A stretch of DNA of 64,000 nt from an uncultured Chitinophagaceae bacterium (GTDB lineage Bacteria; Bacteroidota; Bacteroidia; Chitinophagales; Chitinophagaceae), in assembly GCA_963823975.1 (NCBI GenBank), contig CAWGNP010000003.1, positions 209,289 through 273,288 of the forward strand, written 5' to 3'. The position numbers were made by a program, and so were the translations under genes. The notes under the pieces were generated by a model that ran no database searches, was not told the DNA's origin, and saw only the letters and a program-made list of their open reading frames with translations. Of this stretch, positions 31,663 through 42,088 are shown piece by piece (positions within the stretch are counted from its first letter, which is position 1; every line of letters starts with the position of its first letter).

Positions 31663-32366
31663 ATGAAAAATATATTACATGAACGGCTAAAACATAGTGT
31701 ACAAACTTCCATCAGGTTGTGCAATTCAACCCGGATAAGGACAAGATAATTGCTTTGGACTTTACAAACGCTAACAAGGCATTGGAAAAAATTGACATTG
31801 CAAATACGGAAATGTTTTGCAGATATATTGATGAAGTGTTGCAAAAAGCTGATGCGAAATTTGGCGCAGGCGGATATAATGAACTACGAAATATGTACGC
31901 CTCGAGCGATTTATTTAACAAAAATCAAGATGATGAAGCAAGAAGATTGCATATCGGTTTTGATATTTGGGGCAAAGCAGGAACCGAAGTTTTCGCTCCC
32001 TGCAATGCTATAGTTCACAGTTTCGCTTTCAATAACCATTTTGGAGACTATGGCGCAACGATAATTTTAAAACATGATATTGATGATATTGCTTTTTATA
32101 CTTTTTATGGTCATCTAAGTATTAATGATCTGAAGGGATTAAATGAAGGTGCTGAAATACAATCAGGCAAAGTGTTTGCGCATTTTGGCTTGCCGGATGA
32201 GAATGGCAATTGGCCGCCACATTTGCATTTTCAAATAATAAATGATATCGAAAATTACAAGGGTGATTATCCAGGTGTTTGTAAAGAAAGTGAAGGAAAA
32301 AAATATATGGAAAACTGCCCTGATCCGGATTTAATTTTGAATATAAAAAAGTTTATTACCGTATAG
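31663..32366 (+). CDS. M23 family metallopeptidase without signal peptide (frameshift near 31705)
   Basis: HIGFDIW (HxxxD), DYGATIIL, YGHLS, WPPHLHFQ (HxH). Confidence 0.85.
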
Positions 32367-32479
32367 CATATTTATTTCAAAATTATTACGTTATAATTTT
32401 ATAAAACTTTATTACCCCGAAAACGTATATAGATACTACAACTTGACTCATTAAAATCGTATTTTTATCTATCAATAAT

Positions 32480-34411
32480 ATGGAAATCAATCCTGGCCAT
32501 TTATTAAAACAAATTAATTCACCTTCAGATTTAAAGCAACTTTCAAAAGAGCAATTGCATGAAGTATGTGATGAGCTTCGCCAATACATTGTAGATGTTG
32601 TAAGTGTTTATGGCGGCCACTTTGGGGCAAGCCTTGGAGTGGTAGAACTTACCGTTGCGCTTCACTATATTTTTAATACTCCTTATGATCAGTTGGTCTG
32701 GGATGTTGGCCACCAGGCTTACGGACATAAAATTCTTACCGGGCGCAGAGATAATTTTATTACCAATAGAAAATATAAAGGGTTGAGTGGATTTCCTAAA
32801 AGAACAGAAAGTGAGTATGATACTTTTGGAGTTGGTCATTCTTCAACTTCCATTTCAGCGGCACTCGGCATGGCAATGGCTTCTCATTATAAAGGAGAAA
32901 ATAAACGGCAGCATGTTGCTATAATCGGTGATGGCGCCATGACCGCAGGTATGGCTTTTGAAGCTTTGAACCATGCAGGAATTGAGAAGAGCAATCTTCT
33001 TATTATTTTCAATGATAACTGCATGAGCATTGATCCGAATGTGGGTGCGTTAAAAGAATATCTTACAGACATTACGACTTCTCAAACATATAACAAGATT
33101 CGAGATGACTTTTGGAAAGCCCTTGGAAAATTGCCTTGGCAAAAATTTTTCACGTAAAATGGCTATCCAAGGTGGAAGCGGGTTTGAAAGGAATGTTAAG
33201 CAAAAGCAGTAATCTTTTCGAAGCACTTAATTTGCGGTATTTTGGACCAATTGACGGGCATAACATAATTAAGCTTGTAGATACTTTAAAAGATATAAAA
33301 GATATTCCCGGTCCTAAACTTTTGCATATAAAAACAATAAAGGGTAAAGGTTATGATCTTGCTGAAAAAGATCAAACCAAATGGCATGCGCCGGGTTTAT
33401 TTGATAAGATTACCGGAGAAATATATAAGAAACAATTTGATCTTCCGCAACCTCCAAAATACCAGGATGTATTTGGTTATACGCTTATAGAGCTGGCGGA
33501 AAAGAATGAAAAAATAATGGGTGTTACACCTGCCATGCCCAGCGGCAGCTCTTTAAAATATATGATGGAAAAGATGCCGCATCGTGCTTTTGATGTGGGC
33601 ATTTGCGAGCAGCATGCCGTTACACTCAGCGCCGGGCTTGCAACACAGGGCATGAAAGTTTTTTGCAATATTTATTCTTCATTCATGCAACGGGCTTATG
33701 ACCAGGTAGTTCATGATGTTGCCATCCAAAAATTACCTGTTGTTTTTTGTTTGGACCGTGCAGGACTTGTAGGTGAAGACGGCCCAACGCATCATGGTGC
33801 GTATGATATTGCTTACATGCGTTGCATACCCAATATGATTGTTAGCTGCGCCGATGAATGAAAGTGAATTACGCAATTTGATGTATACCGCCCAGTTGGA
33901 TACAATTGAAAATCCTTTTGTGATACGTTACCCGCGCGGAGAAGCTGTAAAAGCAGAATGGAAAACACCAATGAAGGAAATAAAAATAGGCAACGGAAGA
34001 AAATTAAAAGATGGTGAAGACCTTGCCGTACTTACATTTGGCCATCCGGGCAATTTTGCTGCTGCTGCGATAAGAGATGTAAAGGCAGATGCAATAAACG
34101 CTGCGCATTATGATATGCGTTTTGTAAAACCACTGGATGAAGAAATGCTCCATGAAGTATTTAGAAAATATCCAAAGATAATTACCGTGGAGGATGGAAC
34201 AATAAAAGGCGGATTTGGCTCAGCTGTGTTAGAATTTATGGCAGAAAACAATTACAATGCTCGAATAAAAATCCTGGGCATTCCTGATAAAATTATTGAG
34301 CATGGTACACCTAAACAATTGTACAACGAAATAGGAATAGATGCAAATCACATTGCAGAAGTTATAAGAGATATGGTTAAAATTGAAGTGAACAGGTTGG
34401 TTGAAAAGTAA
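32480..34411 (+). CDS. dxs: 1-deoxy-D-xylulose-5-phosphate synthase (two apparent frameshifts)
   Basis: [57 protein letters not shown]. Confidence 0.97.
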
Positions 34412-34492
34412 CATCCATTGTCTCGATCTGGCCAATCTATTTAAAATACAAACGCTTTTTTATTCGCTCTGTATTTCATTTTTCAAATTGTG

Positions 34493-35284
34493 TTAGTTTA
34501 AGGAAGCATCGATCACATCTTCAGCGTTAATCAACATATTTGCATTGGAATATTCAATTATAAAATTGTTTATTCCTTCACCGAGGATAATTGTAAAATA
34601 TTTTTGCTGAATAAGTTCAAGCATATTTAAAAAAAGAAATATAGCGTGTATGCGATTTTCAGCCACATCAAATATTTTCTCAAATGGGACAGAACATTCC
34701 TTTTTTATAAAATCATAGATATATTTTCTTGTTCCTTCCATTGTATAATTATATTGAACAACAGTATGCACAGGCTGATGCCTTTTATCATGAAGCCTTT
34801 TGGCTACTTTTTCAAATGCCTTCATAAGCTTAAATAATGAAACGGCCTGTATTTCCGTACCTTCGCCAGATGCTTCGCCAATTGTAGAAAGTTCTTGCTG
34901 AATGTTGCCTCGCTTAGCCATTAGCATACGAAGTGCTTCAAGCTCACTCATCTTATTTGAAGCTTCTTTAAATCTTTTATATTCAAGAATTTTATCTATC
35001 AGTTCCTGCCTTGGATCTATTTCATTTCCTTCATGGTCAAGTTCTTTGCGAGGCAAAAGCATCTTCGCTTTTATGCGCATTAGTGTGCTTATAAACAAAA
35101 TAAATTCACTGCTCAGCTCAATGTTTAATGCCTCTTGTTTGTGCACATAATCAAGAAATTCTTTAGTAATTTTAGTAATAGGAATATTATAGATATCCAG
35201 TTCATCTCGTTCTATAAAGAAAAGAAGCAGGTCAAACGGACCTTCGAACTGCGGAAGTTTTATCTGGTAAGTTTCTGTATTCAT
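34493..35284 (-). CDS. scpA: Segregation and condensation protein A (SMC kleisin)
   Basis: FEGPFDLLLFFIERDELDIYNIPI, IKAKMLLP, DPRQELI, FLNMLEL. Confidence 0.93.
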   Translation of the reverse strand: MNTETYQIKLPQFEGPFDLLLFFIERDELDIYNIPITKITKEFLDYVHKQEALNIELSSEFILFISTLMRIKAKMLLPRKELDHEGNEIDPRQELIDKILEYKRFKEASNKMSELEALRMLMAKRGNIQQELSTIGEASGEGTEIQAVSLFKLMKAFEKVAKRLHDKRHQPVHTVVQYNYTMEGTRKYIYDFIKKECSVPFEKIFDVAENRIHAIFLFLNMLELIQQKYFTIILGEGINNFIIEYSNANMLINAEDVIDASLN

Positions 35285-35285
35285 T

Positions 35286-35315
35286 AAAAAAATTCCCGTT
35301 GCTGTGCAACGGGAA
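35286..35315 (-). terminator. Intrinsic terminator after mscL, abutting the scpA start codon
   Basis: TTCCCGTTGC-N3-GCAACGGGAA followed by T7 then A-ATG on the minus strand. Confidence 0.8.
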
Positions 35316-35363
35316 CGAAATTATCTAAAAACTTTTGATGAAATATAGAAGTTAATAAGTATT

Positions 35364-35732
35364 CTATTTTTTAAGTTCATCTCTTATTTCCATCAGTAAT
35401 TTATCAGTAGAAGATGGGCCTGAAGCAACAACAACGTCCTTTTTCTTTGTTGAGTTTATTCCTTTAATAATAAGGAAAAGAACAAGAGCAACCATTATAA
35501 ATTTGATTACGGCAGCTAAAAAATTACCGTACTTTACTGCGCCCCATGTAAGCTTGGAAATATCTGTAGCGCCTACAGCTTTTAGAGCAGGTGTAAGAAG
35601 TAACGGCGTTATTACATCATCCACAAGAGAGTTGACAATAGCGGCAAATGCTGCACCAATAACCACGGCAACAGCAAGGTCCACCACATTTCCCTTGACA
35701 GCAAAGTCTTTAAATTCTTTAAAAAATCCCAT
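35364..35732 (-). CDS. mscL: Large-conductance mechanosensitive channel
   Basis: FKEFKDFAVKGNVVDLAVAVVIG, YGNFL, LLMEIRDEL. Confidence 0.96.
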   Translation of the reverse strand: MGFFKEFKDFAVKGNVVDLAVAVVIGAAFAAIVNSLVDDVITPLLLTPALKAVGATDISKLTWGAVKYGNFLAAVIKFIMVALVLFLIIKGINSTKKKDVVVASGPSSTDKLLMEIRDELKK

Positions 35733-35889
35733 GTTGTTTTGTTTTAATTATGATTATTAATTTATTTCAGGGTACTTCATATTTAGCGATGCTAAATGTA
35801 TTTCTTAAAAATGAATCAGCAATATTTTTTACCAATGCTTATCACAGCATATTAAAATGGCAAGCTCTTTGTAAGCTGTTACAACAAAA

Positions 35890-36792
35890 TCAATTGTTCT
35901 GGAATTGTTCTGACTGAAGCAAATCTTTTCGTAGTTCTTTTGCAGTTTTAGTAGAGCCATCATGGCTCCATCCGGGCGGCATTATGAGATATTTTATTTT
36001 GGTATAAAAAGAAACTTTTTTCTTAAGATCGTTACTAATATTTTGCCACTCATGAAATATTATCTTAGTAAGATGATGAGGATTTTCAAGGTGAGATGTA
36101 AGTCCGTATTTTACAGGGTCTCTCTCATCTTCTGATTGAAAAGTACCGAACAACCTATCCCAAATAATCAAAACCATTCCCATATTTTTATCCAAATAAC
36201 GTATGTTGCTCGCATGATGTACTCTGTGATGCGAGGGGCTTACAAATACAGCTTCAAACCATTGAGGCAATTTATTAATATATTTTGTATGAACGAGTAT
36301 ACCATATATCTGCGTAAGTGAATACATGAAAACAATATCAAGCGGCTTAAAACCTAATAAAACTAATGGCAAAAAATAAATAAACCTGTATAATGGTTGC
36401 AATACAGACGAGCGAAAGCCCGTCGTTAAATTAAATTCTTCGGAAGAATGATGGGTAACATGAACCGCCCAAAAAAAGCGGCAGTAATGATCAACTCTGT
36501 GCTCAACGTAAAAAGCAAGATCTTCCAATATGAATAGTGAGCCCCAGTACAGATAGACATTTGAAGAAAAATCTATAAAATGAAATTTGTAGATGGAAAT
36601 AAGAATAACGATATAAACAGCTCTGAACAACAGATCTATACCTCCATTTAAAAGACACAGGTATACATTTACCAAAGTATCCTTAAGAGTATAATATTTT
36701 TTAAGGTGCAGATGGCTTAAAAGCATTTCGAGCCCGATTACAATAATATATAACGGAGTAGTTATTAATATTAGTAACTGTTCTTTTAGCAT
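35890..36792 (-). CDS. Sterol desaturase / fatty acid hydroxylase family (alkylglycerol monooxygenase-like)
   Basis: His boxes HRVDH, HVTHHS, HHRVHH; NMGMVLIIWDRLFGTF. Confidence 0.88.
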   Translation of the reverse strand: MLKEQLLILITTPLYIIVIGLEMLLSHLHLKKYYTLKDTLVNVYLCLLNGGIDLLFRAVYIVILISIYKFHFIDFSSNVYLYWGSLFILEDLAFYVEHRVDHYCRFFWAVHVTHHSSEEFNLTTGFRSSVLQPLYRFIYFLPLVLLGFKPLDIVFMYSLTQIYGILVHTKYINKLPQWFEAVFVSPSHHRVHHASNIRYLDKNMGMVLIIWDRLFGTFQSEDERDPVKYGLTSHLENPHHLTKIIFHEWQNISNDLKKKVSFYTKIKYLIMPPGWSHDGSTKTAKELRKDLLQSEQFQNN

Positions 36793-36800
36793 AGCTTTAT

Positions 36801-37364
36801 TTATACAGCCATAATTTCCCTTTCTTTTGCCTCAAGATGTTTATCGATAAGTGAAATGTAATTATTGGTGATATCCTGCATATCTCTCTCGCCATCTTTT
36901 GCAGCATCTTCGCTCAAGCCATCCTTTTGTAGTTTCTTTATTTGTTCAATGGACTCTCTTCTAATATTGCGAACTGCTATTTTTGCCTGTTCACCTTCAG
37001 CATTACTTCCTTTCACAAGTTCCTTTCGCCTTTCTTCTGTAAGCGGAGGAAGAAACAAACGAATAATATTACCATCGTTTTGCGGATTGATACCAATATT
37101 TGCAGCAATGATCGAGCGTTCAATTGGTTGCAACATATTTTTTTCCCATGGCTGAATGGTCAAAGTTCTTGCATCCATAGCACTTATATTACCTACTTGT
37201 CCTATAGGCGTGGGGTTGCCATAATAATCAACCACAATACCATCAAGCATCGATGGAGTAGCCTTTCCTGCACGTATTTTAACAAGCTCGCTCTCAAAAA
37301 ATTCAATAGCTTTTTTCATAGCTTTCGAGGTGTCGCTTAATACCGTTGCTAAATCATCTTCCAT
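36801..37364 (-). CDS. frr: Ribosome recycling factor
   Basis: IRAGKA, VDYYGNPTP, PPLTEERRKEL, AVRNIRR. Confidence 0.97.
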   Translation of the reverse strand: MEDDLATVLSDTSKAMKKAIEFFESELVKIRAGKATPSMLDGIVVDYYGNPTPIGQVGNISAMDARTLTIQPWEKNMLQPIERSIIAANIGINPQNDGNIIRLFLPPLTEERRKELVKGSNAEGEQAKIAVRNIRRESIEQIKKLQKDGLSEDAAKDGERDMQDITNNYISLIDKHLEAKEREIMAV

Positions 37365-37433
37365 ATCATTTATTTATATTACTAATCCACCGTCGAAGCG
37401 GGATTAGGGAGGGCAAAATTACTTAATCAAAAA

Positions 37434-38561
37434 TTAATTCTGTTCAACCGGGTCTCCTGTAAGCGTAAAAATTTTACGAGGGGAAACAATAACTTCTTTA
37501 CGGCTGTGCCCGGAAAGTAAGAGGGATTTCGTTTTAGGACGCCTGTAATAAATGATACTTACTACCACGAGCGAAACTGAAGAGAGGGCAAGTATTACCA
37601 TTGTAGTGCCAGCAAATCTCAAATAATAAGCAAAGGCTATGAATATAATGTTACCGGCAATACATGTAACAACAATCTTTTTATGGCTGAGGCCAAGATC
37701 CAACAAAAAATGGTGTATATGATTTCTGTCAGGGCTGAAAGGAGATCTGCGGCTTAATATCCTTATGGCAACCACCCGCAATGTATCAAACAAAGGCACA
37801 ATTAGTATAGCAAAGGCCAATGCAGGCGCAGATTGCAATGGAAGACTGACTGAAGGGTCCGATGCAACAGATATGAATTTTATAACAAAAACAGAATTTA
37901 AAATTCCTATAAGTAAGGAACCGGTATCACCCATGAAAATTTTTGCGGGAGAGAAATTATATATTAAAAAAGCAATGAGACTGCCTGCAAGAGAAAAAGC
38001 CATTACCGCATATAAAAGTTGGGATGTTAATAAGAAATATATACCAAAAATACACGAGGTTAAAAGGCCAAGAGAACCGGCGAGCCCATCAACTCCATCA
38101 ATAAGATTGAAGGAATTAGTAATAACAACTATGGTGAATAAAGTAAGTAAAATGCTTGCCGTATGTGGTATTGCATACATTCCTAAAAAACCATGCATAT
38201 TATTTATCTGAATGCCCCCAAATTTAATAATGATCCCTGCTGCAATTAACTGACCAATGAACTTTTTTGACGCAGATAGAATCAGGATATCATCCTTTAT
38301 TCCGAGAAAAAAAATTACCATTATTGCTGCAATAAAATATTGCAAAATATGAGCAACACTTGGAGGAGAGCCTATCAAGGTGGCAACAATAAAGCCTGCA
38401 AAAATTCCTAAACCTCCCAAAGTGGGAACTACGGCATGATGTACCTTTCTTTCATCCGGTTCATCAAAAAGGTTTTTATCTTTAGCAACTTCAATTATTA
38501 CAGGAATTGAAAAGAAGGTAATAAGGAAAGCAAGGCCGCCACTAAGTAAGATGTTATCCAT
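37434..38561 (-). CDS. WecA/MraY-family undecaprenyl-phosphate glycosyl-1-phosphate transferase
   Basis: RKVH, PTLGG, GIKDD, NSFNLIDGVDGL, IFMGDTGS, DRNHIHH. Confidence 0.92.
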   Translation of the reverse strand: MDNILLSGGLAFLITFFSIPVIIEVAKDKNLFDEPDERKVHHAVVPTLGGLGIFAGFIVATLIGSPPSVAHILQYFIAAIMVIFFLGIKDDILILSASKKFIGQLIAAGIIIKFGGIQINNMHGFLGMYAIPHTASILLTLFTIVVITNSFNLIDGVDGLAGSLGLLTSCIFGIYFLLTSQLLYAVMAFSLAGSLIAFLIYNFSPAKIFMGDTGSLLIGILNSVFVIKFISVASDPSVSLPLQSAPALAFAILIVPLFDTLRVVAIRILSRRSPFSPDRNHIHHFLLDLGLSHKKIVVTCIAGNIIFIAFAYYLRFAGTTMVILALSSVSLVVVSIIYYRRPKTKSLLLSGHSRKEVIVSPRKIFTLTGDPVEQN

Positions 38562-38751
38562 TCCTCAATTTTATAATGCGCATTAGTTATAAAGCAAAGC
38601 AAGCTTGAAGTAAAGAAATGTTCCTCAAAAACTTCCTACTTAATTTGCTGTATAGATTTATAAAAATTTCAAAGGTTTAATATAAAGGGTATAATCTCAT
38701 ATCTTTCTGTAATAACGCCGGAATTACAAATTTTATTATTGTATTCCAGGT

Positions 38752-39843
38752 CTATTCTACTATTCCTTCATCTATCGCATCAGCCACCACAACATCACTC
38801 ATTCTTCGTATTGGATTTGCCCGATTTTCCTCAAAAGATCTTTGATTACTTAAGATTTCAATACTGGCAAATATCGCAGCTTTGAATGATGAAGCGTCTG
38901 CCTTATCTTTTCCTGCAATATCAAAAGCTGTTCCATGATCGGGGCTGGTACGCACACCAGGCAACCCTGCCGTGTAATTTATACCTTCTCCGAACGCCAG
39001 TGATTTAAAAGGAATTAATCCCTGGTCATGATACATAGCGAGCACTGCATCAAATTTATAATATTGCCCTCTTGCAAAAAAAGCATCCGCGCTAAATGGA
39101 CCTGCCACCAACATATTTCTTTGCCGGGCTTCCTTTATTGCCGGCTTTATAATTTGTTCTTCTTCGGAGCCAATGAGACCTTCATCGCCGGCATGAGGAT
39201 TCAGTGCAAGCACAGCTATTTTAGGCCTTTCGATATTATAATCTTTATGAAGCGACGCATGCAGGATGGATATTTTACTAAGAATATTTTCTTTAGTAAT
39301 AAATAATGCTACATCTTTTAAAGGCACATGCTCTGTTACAAGTCCAATTTTAAGGATCTCTGAACTCATTAGCATGAGCACATCATTTACACCGAAGAAA
39401 TCTTTAAAAAAAGGTGTATGCCCTGTATAAGAAAAGTCAGGAGAAAATACGTTTTTTTTATGAAGCGGGGCAGTAACTATTGCCTGAACTTTTCCATCTT
39501 TAAGTGCTTGTGAGGCCGAGTGAAGACTCATTACCGCGTATTTACCCCCGATATCATTTAAGGTGCCGGGGTTAATTGACACTTCTTCTTCCCAGCAGTT
39601 ATAAACATTTACTTGTTTGGGATTTATTTTTTGAAATTCCTTGATGCTGTTGAAACTGAAATTTATATCGACAACCGTTTTTCTGTAGAAATTAATAGCC
39701 TTATTGCTTGCAAAAATAACGGGCGTGCAAAAATCAAGTATTCTGTTATCAGATAACGATTTTAATAACAGCTCAATGCCTATACCATTCAGATCACCAC
39801 TGGTAAATCCTATAACGGGCCTATTTTCCAAAGAATGACTCAA
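38752..39843 (-). CDS. pdxA: 4-hydroxythreonine-4-phosphate dehydrogenase
   Basis: GDLNGIG, VTAPLHK, GHT, LNPHAGD, AMYHDQGLIPFK, RTSPDHGTAFDIAG. Confidence 0.95.
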   Translation of the reverse strand: MSHSLENRPVIGFTSGDLNGIGIELLLKSLSDNRILDFCTPVIFASNKAINFYRKTVVDINFSFNSIKEFQKINPKQVNVYNCWEEEVSINPGTLNDIGGKYAVMSLHSASQALKDGKVQAIVTAPLHKKNVFSPDFSYTGHTPFFKDFFGVNDVLMLMSSEILKIGLVTEHVPLKDVALFITKENILSKISILHASLHKDYNIERPKIAVLALNPHAGDEGLIGSEEEQIIKPAIKEARQRNMLVAGPFSADAFFARGQYYKFDAVLAMYHDQGLIPFKSLAFGEGINYTAGLPGVRTSPDHGTAFDIAGKDKADASSFKAAIFASIEILSNQRSFEENRANPIRRMSDVVVADAIDEGIVE

Positions 39844-39919
39844 TGTTTAAATATTGCCTTGCAAGATAATTAATAAATCCTGCTTCGAAGAACTTACAGA
39901 CATTATTTGTAAAAAGTAT

Positions 39920-40543
39920 TTAGAACTTATTATTTACATAATTCTCAACGGGCATCCTGTTAGTAATGCTCCTCGCAAGAGTCATTTCATCAGCATATTC
40001 AAGCTCGCCGCCAAATGCAATGCCGCGGGCAATTGTTGTAATCTTTATGGAACCGGGTTTTAATTTTTTACTTATGTAAAAAATAGTCGTATCTCCTTGA
40101 ATATTCGGGCTTAAAGCGAAAATGAGCTCTTCCGTTTTTTCCGTATTTACTCGCTGCACCAGAGATTCGATCTGTAATTGATTAGGACCAATGCCGTCTA
40201 AAGGTGAAATGATGCCTCCAAGTACGTGATATAGCCCGTTGTATTGCTGTGTGCTTTCAATAGCTATTACATCTCGTATGCTTTCGACTGCACAAATCAT
40301 TTGTTGCTTCCTGGATCTATCAGAACAAATATTGCAAAGCGGCTTATCGGCTATATTATGGCATCTTGAGCAAAAATTAATCTCTTGCCTCATTGTTACA
40401 ACAGCTTCGGCAAAGCCTTGTACATCCTTTACATCCTTTTTTAATAAATGCAATACTAATCTTAAGGCGGTTTTTTTACCAATACCGGGCAGTTTTGCAA
40501 ATTCATTTACTGCGTTTTCCAAAAGAGAAGAAGAAAAAACCAT
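39920..40543 (-). CDS. recR: Recombination mediator RecR
   Basis: LPGIGKKTALRL, C4 zinc finger, YHVLGG, GGELEYADEMTL. Confidence 0.97.
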   Translation of the reverse strand: MVFSSSLLENAVNEFAKLPGIGKKTALRLVLHLLKKDVKDVQGFAEAVVTMRQEINFCSRCHNIADKPLCNICSDRSRKQQMICAVESIRDVIAIESTQQYNGLYHVLGGIISPLDGIGPNQLQIESLVQRVNTEKTEELIFALSPNIQGDTTIFYISKKLKPGSIKITTIARGIAFGGELEYADEMTLARSITNRMPVENYVNNKF

Positions 40544-40634
40544 TTATAAAAGTAAGATTGAAAATTATTGTAAAAATATACCCGAATGTTATGCAAAAAT
40601 GATATTATAAGAACGATATTTTTAAAGGAATTTA

Positions 40635-42029
40635 CTACAGAATAATATCTCTTTCATTCTCCCAATCTCCTTTTATATTTATTTTTTGAGGAACAGCATA
40701 TACCTTTTCAGGCTGAAGTTTTAAATTATAATTCCCTGGATCCCATATGCCATTTTTATTATTATCTTCTAAAATTCTTATTTCATATTCACCTGGATTG
40801 AACAGTTTTACGCTCCATTGGGAAGAAGTAAGCGGGTAAGAATTAACAACCAAATTATTGGAGACAAATTCTAATACCGGGTTTTTAAACTTATCAAGGT
40901 TTTTAAAAGTAAATTGAATACTTCCATAATCGCTTTCCTTTTTAGTTTTAAATTTTATAGTATCTGATTTTGCAAGCATATTCCCGGCAGAATCGGTTAC
41001 CGCTTCCGTCGGAATGATAAGCCGGTAATCAGTATTATCAAGCCACTTGGCCTGAACAATAATTTTTTTTCCGCTTGTATCAGTATGCACAGTTGCAGAC
41101 TTATCAATATTTAAAAGTGTATCAGTAAGTACTATTTTTTCGCTGTCAACGCCTTTAAGCTTATGATTAAATTCTATTGTCACTGGGGTAAGTATATCCT
41201 GTCTGCCAGACGAAATGGAAGTAGTAAATTTTAGTTTTTTTTCTACTGTGTTCGGGATTGCAGTTGAATTTTTTTGCTTTGGCTTCTCCTCAGAATAAGC
41301 AAAAAGATTTATGGGTTTTGTCATGTCTCCGGTTAAAGCAATAACGCTGTCTGAAAAGGCAAACAATTCATCTTTGCCATTGTACATTTTTTGTCCGCTC
41401 GCATCTTGTAAAGCAAAAATATTGTAACTGCCTGGCGGCAAATTGTGAAACGTAAAATTACCCGAACTATCTAACTTGGTTATATATCTGGGCTTGTGTT
41501 TATACACAGCAGAGTCGCTAAGATCTTTGTAAAGAAATACAAGCAAAGTTGTATCAACTTTTCCTGTTTCAGCGAGTTGCACCTTGCCTTTATATTGCAA
41601 TGAATCTATGTATGGCCCGGTTGAAAACACATAAGCATAATGCTTTAATACATTATTTTCATTAATATCTGCAATGGCATTTCCAAAATCAATCCGGTAG
41701 GTTGTATTAGGCTCTAATGTATCCCTGATTTTTACAGTGATCGTTTTAAATTTATAATCGACATTAGGCGTGATCTTAGGTGTAGGAGAAACGAGCAAAT
41801 TTTGCTGCAGATTTAGCAATTGCACATATTCATCATAGTTAAGTGTAATCCGATTTCCTTTAAAATTTATCGTGCCATTAGAAGGTATTGCTTCCTGAAG
41901 AACTGGTGGAATAGAATCTCTGGGACCACCGGTGGGCATAGCTATCTGCGCACAGCCGCTTCCTAATATAGAAATACTATAAGCCATGCAGCAGATGACA
42001 ATAAAAACAATACAATGCCTGAAATTCAT
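40635..42029 (-). CDS. Ig-like (Big_5) domain lipoprotein
   Basis: Lipobox SGC-AQ, PTGGPRDSIPP, LEPNTTY, FSTG, QPEKVY. Confidence 0.8.
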   Translation of the reverse strand: MNFRHCIVFIVICCMAYSISILGSGCAQIAMPTGGPRDSIPPVLQEAIPSNGTINFKGNRITLNYDEYVQLLNLQQNLLVSPTPKITPNVDYKFKTITVKIRDTLEPNTTYRIDFGNAIADINENNVLKHYAYVFSTGPYIDSLQYKGKVQLAETGKVDTTLLVFLYKDLSDSAVYKHKPRYITKLDSSGNFTFHNLPPGSYNIFALQDASGQKMYNGKDELFAFSDSVIALTGDMTKPINLFAYSEEKPKQKNSTAIPNTVEKKLKFTTSISSGRQDILTPVTIEFNHKLKGVDSEKIVLTDTLLNIDKSATVHTDTSGKKIIVQAKWLDNTDYRLIIPTEAVTDSAGNMLAKSDTIKFKTKKESDYGSIQFTFKNLDKFKNPVLEFVSNNLVVNSYPLTSSQWSVKLFNPGEYEIRILEDNNKNGIWDPGNYNLKLQPEKVYAVPQKINIKGDWENERDIIL

Positions 42030-42088
42030 TTTAAAAAAGCAAACATAGTTGCTTTATATTGATACCACTTCCTAAAAAAAATCTAAAT

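Noticed and set aside
25487-34411. leuS, dxs and tricorn as pseudogenes or programmed frameshift genes
   Set aside because: leuS and dxs are normally essential, the fragments are conserved, and the indels are many and motif-less; assembly error is more parsimonious.
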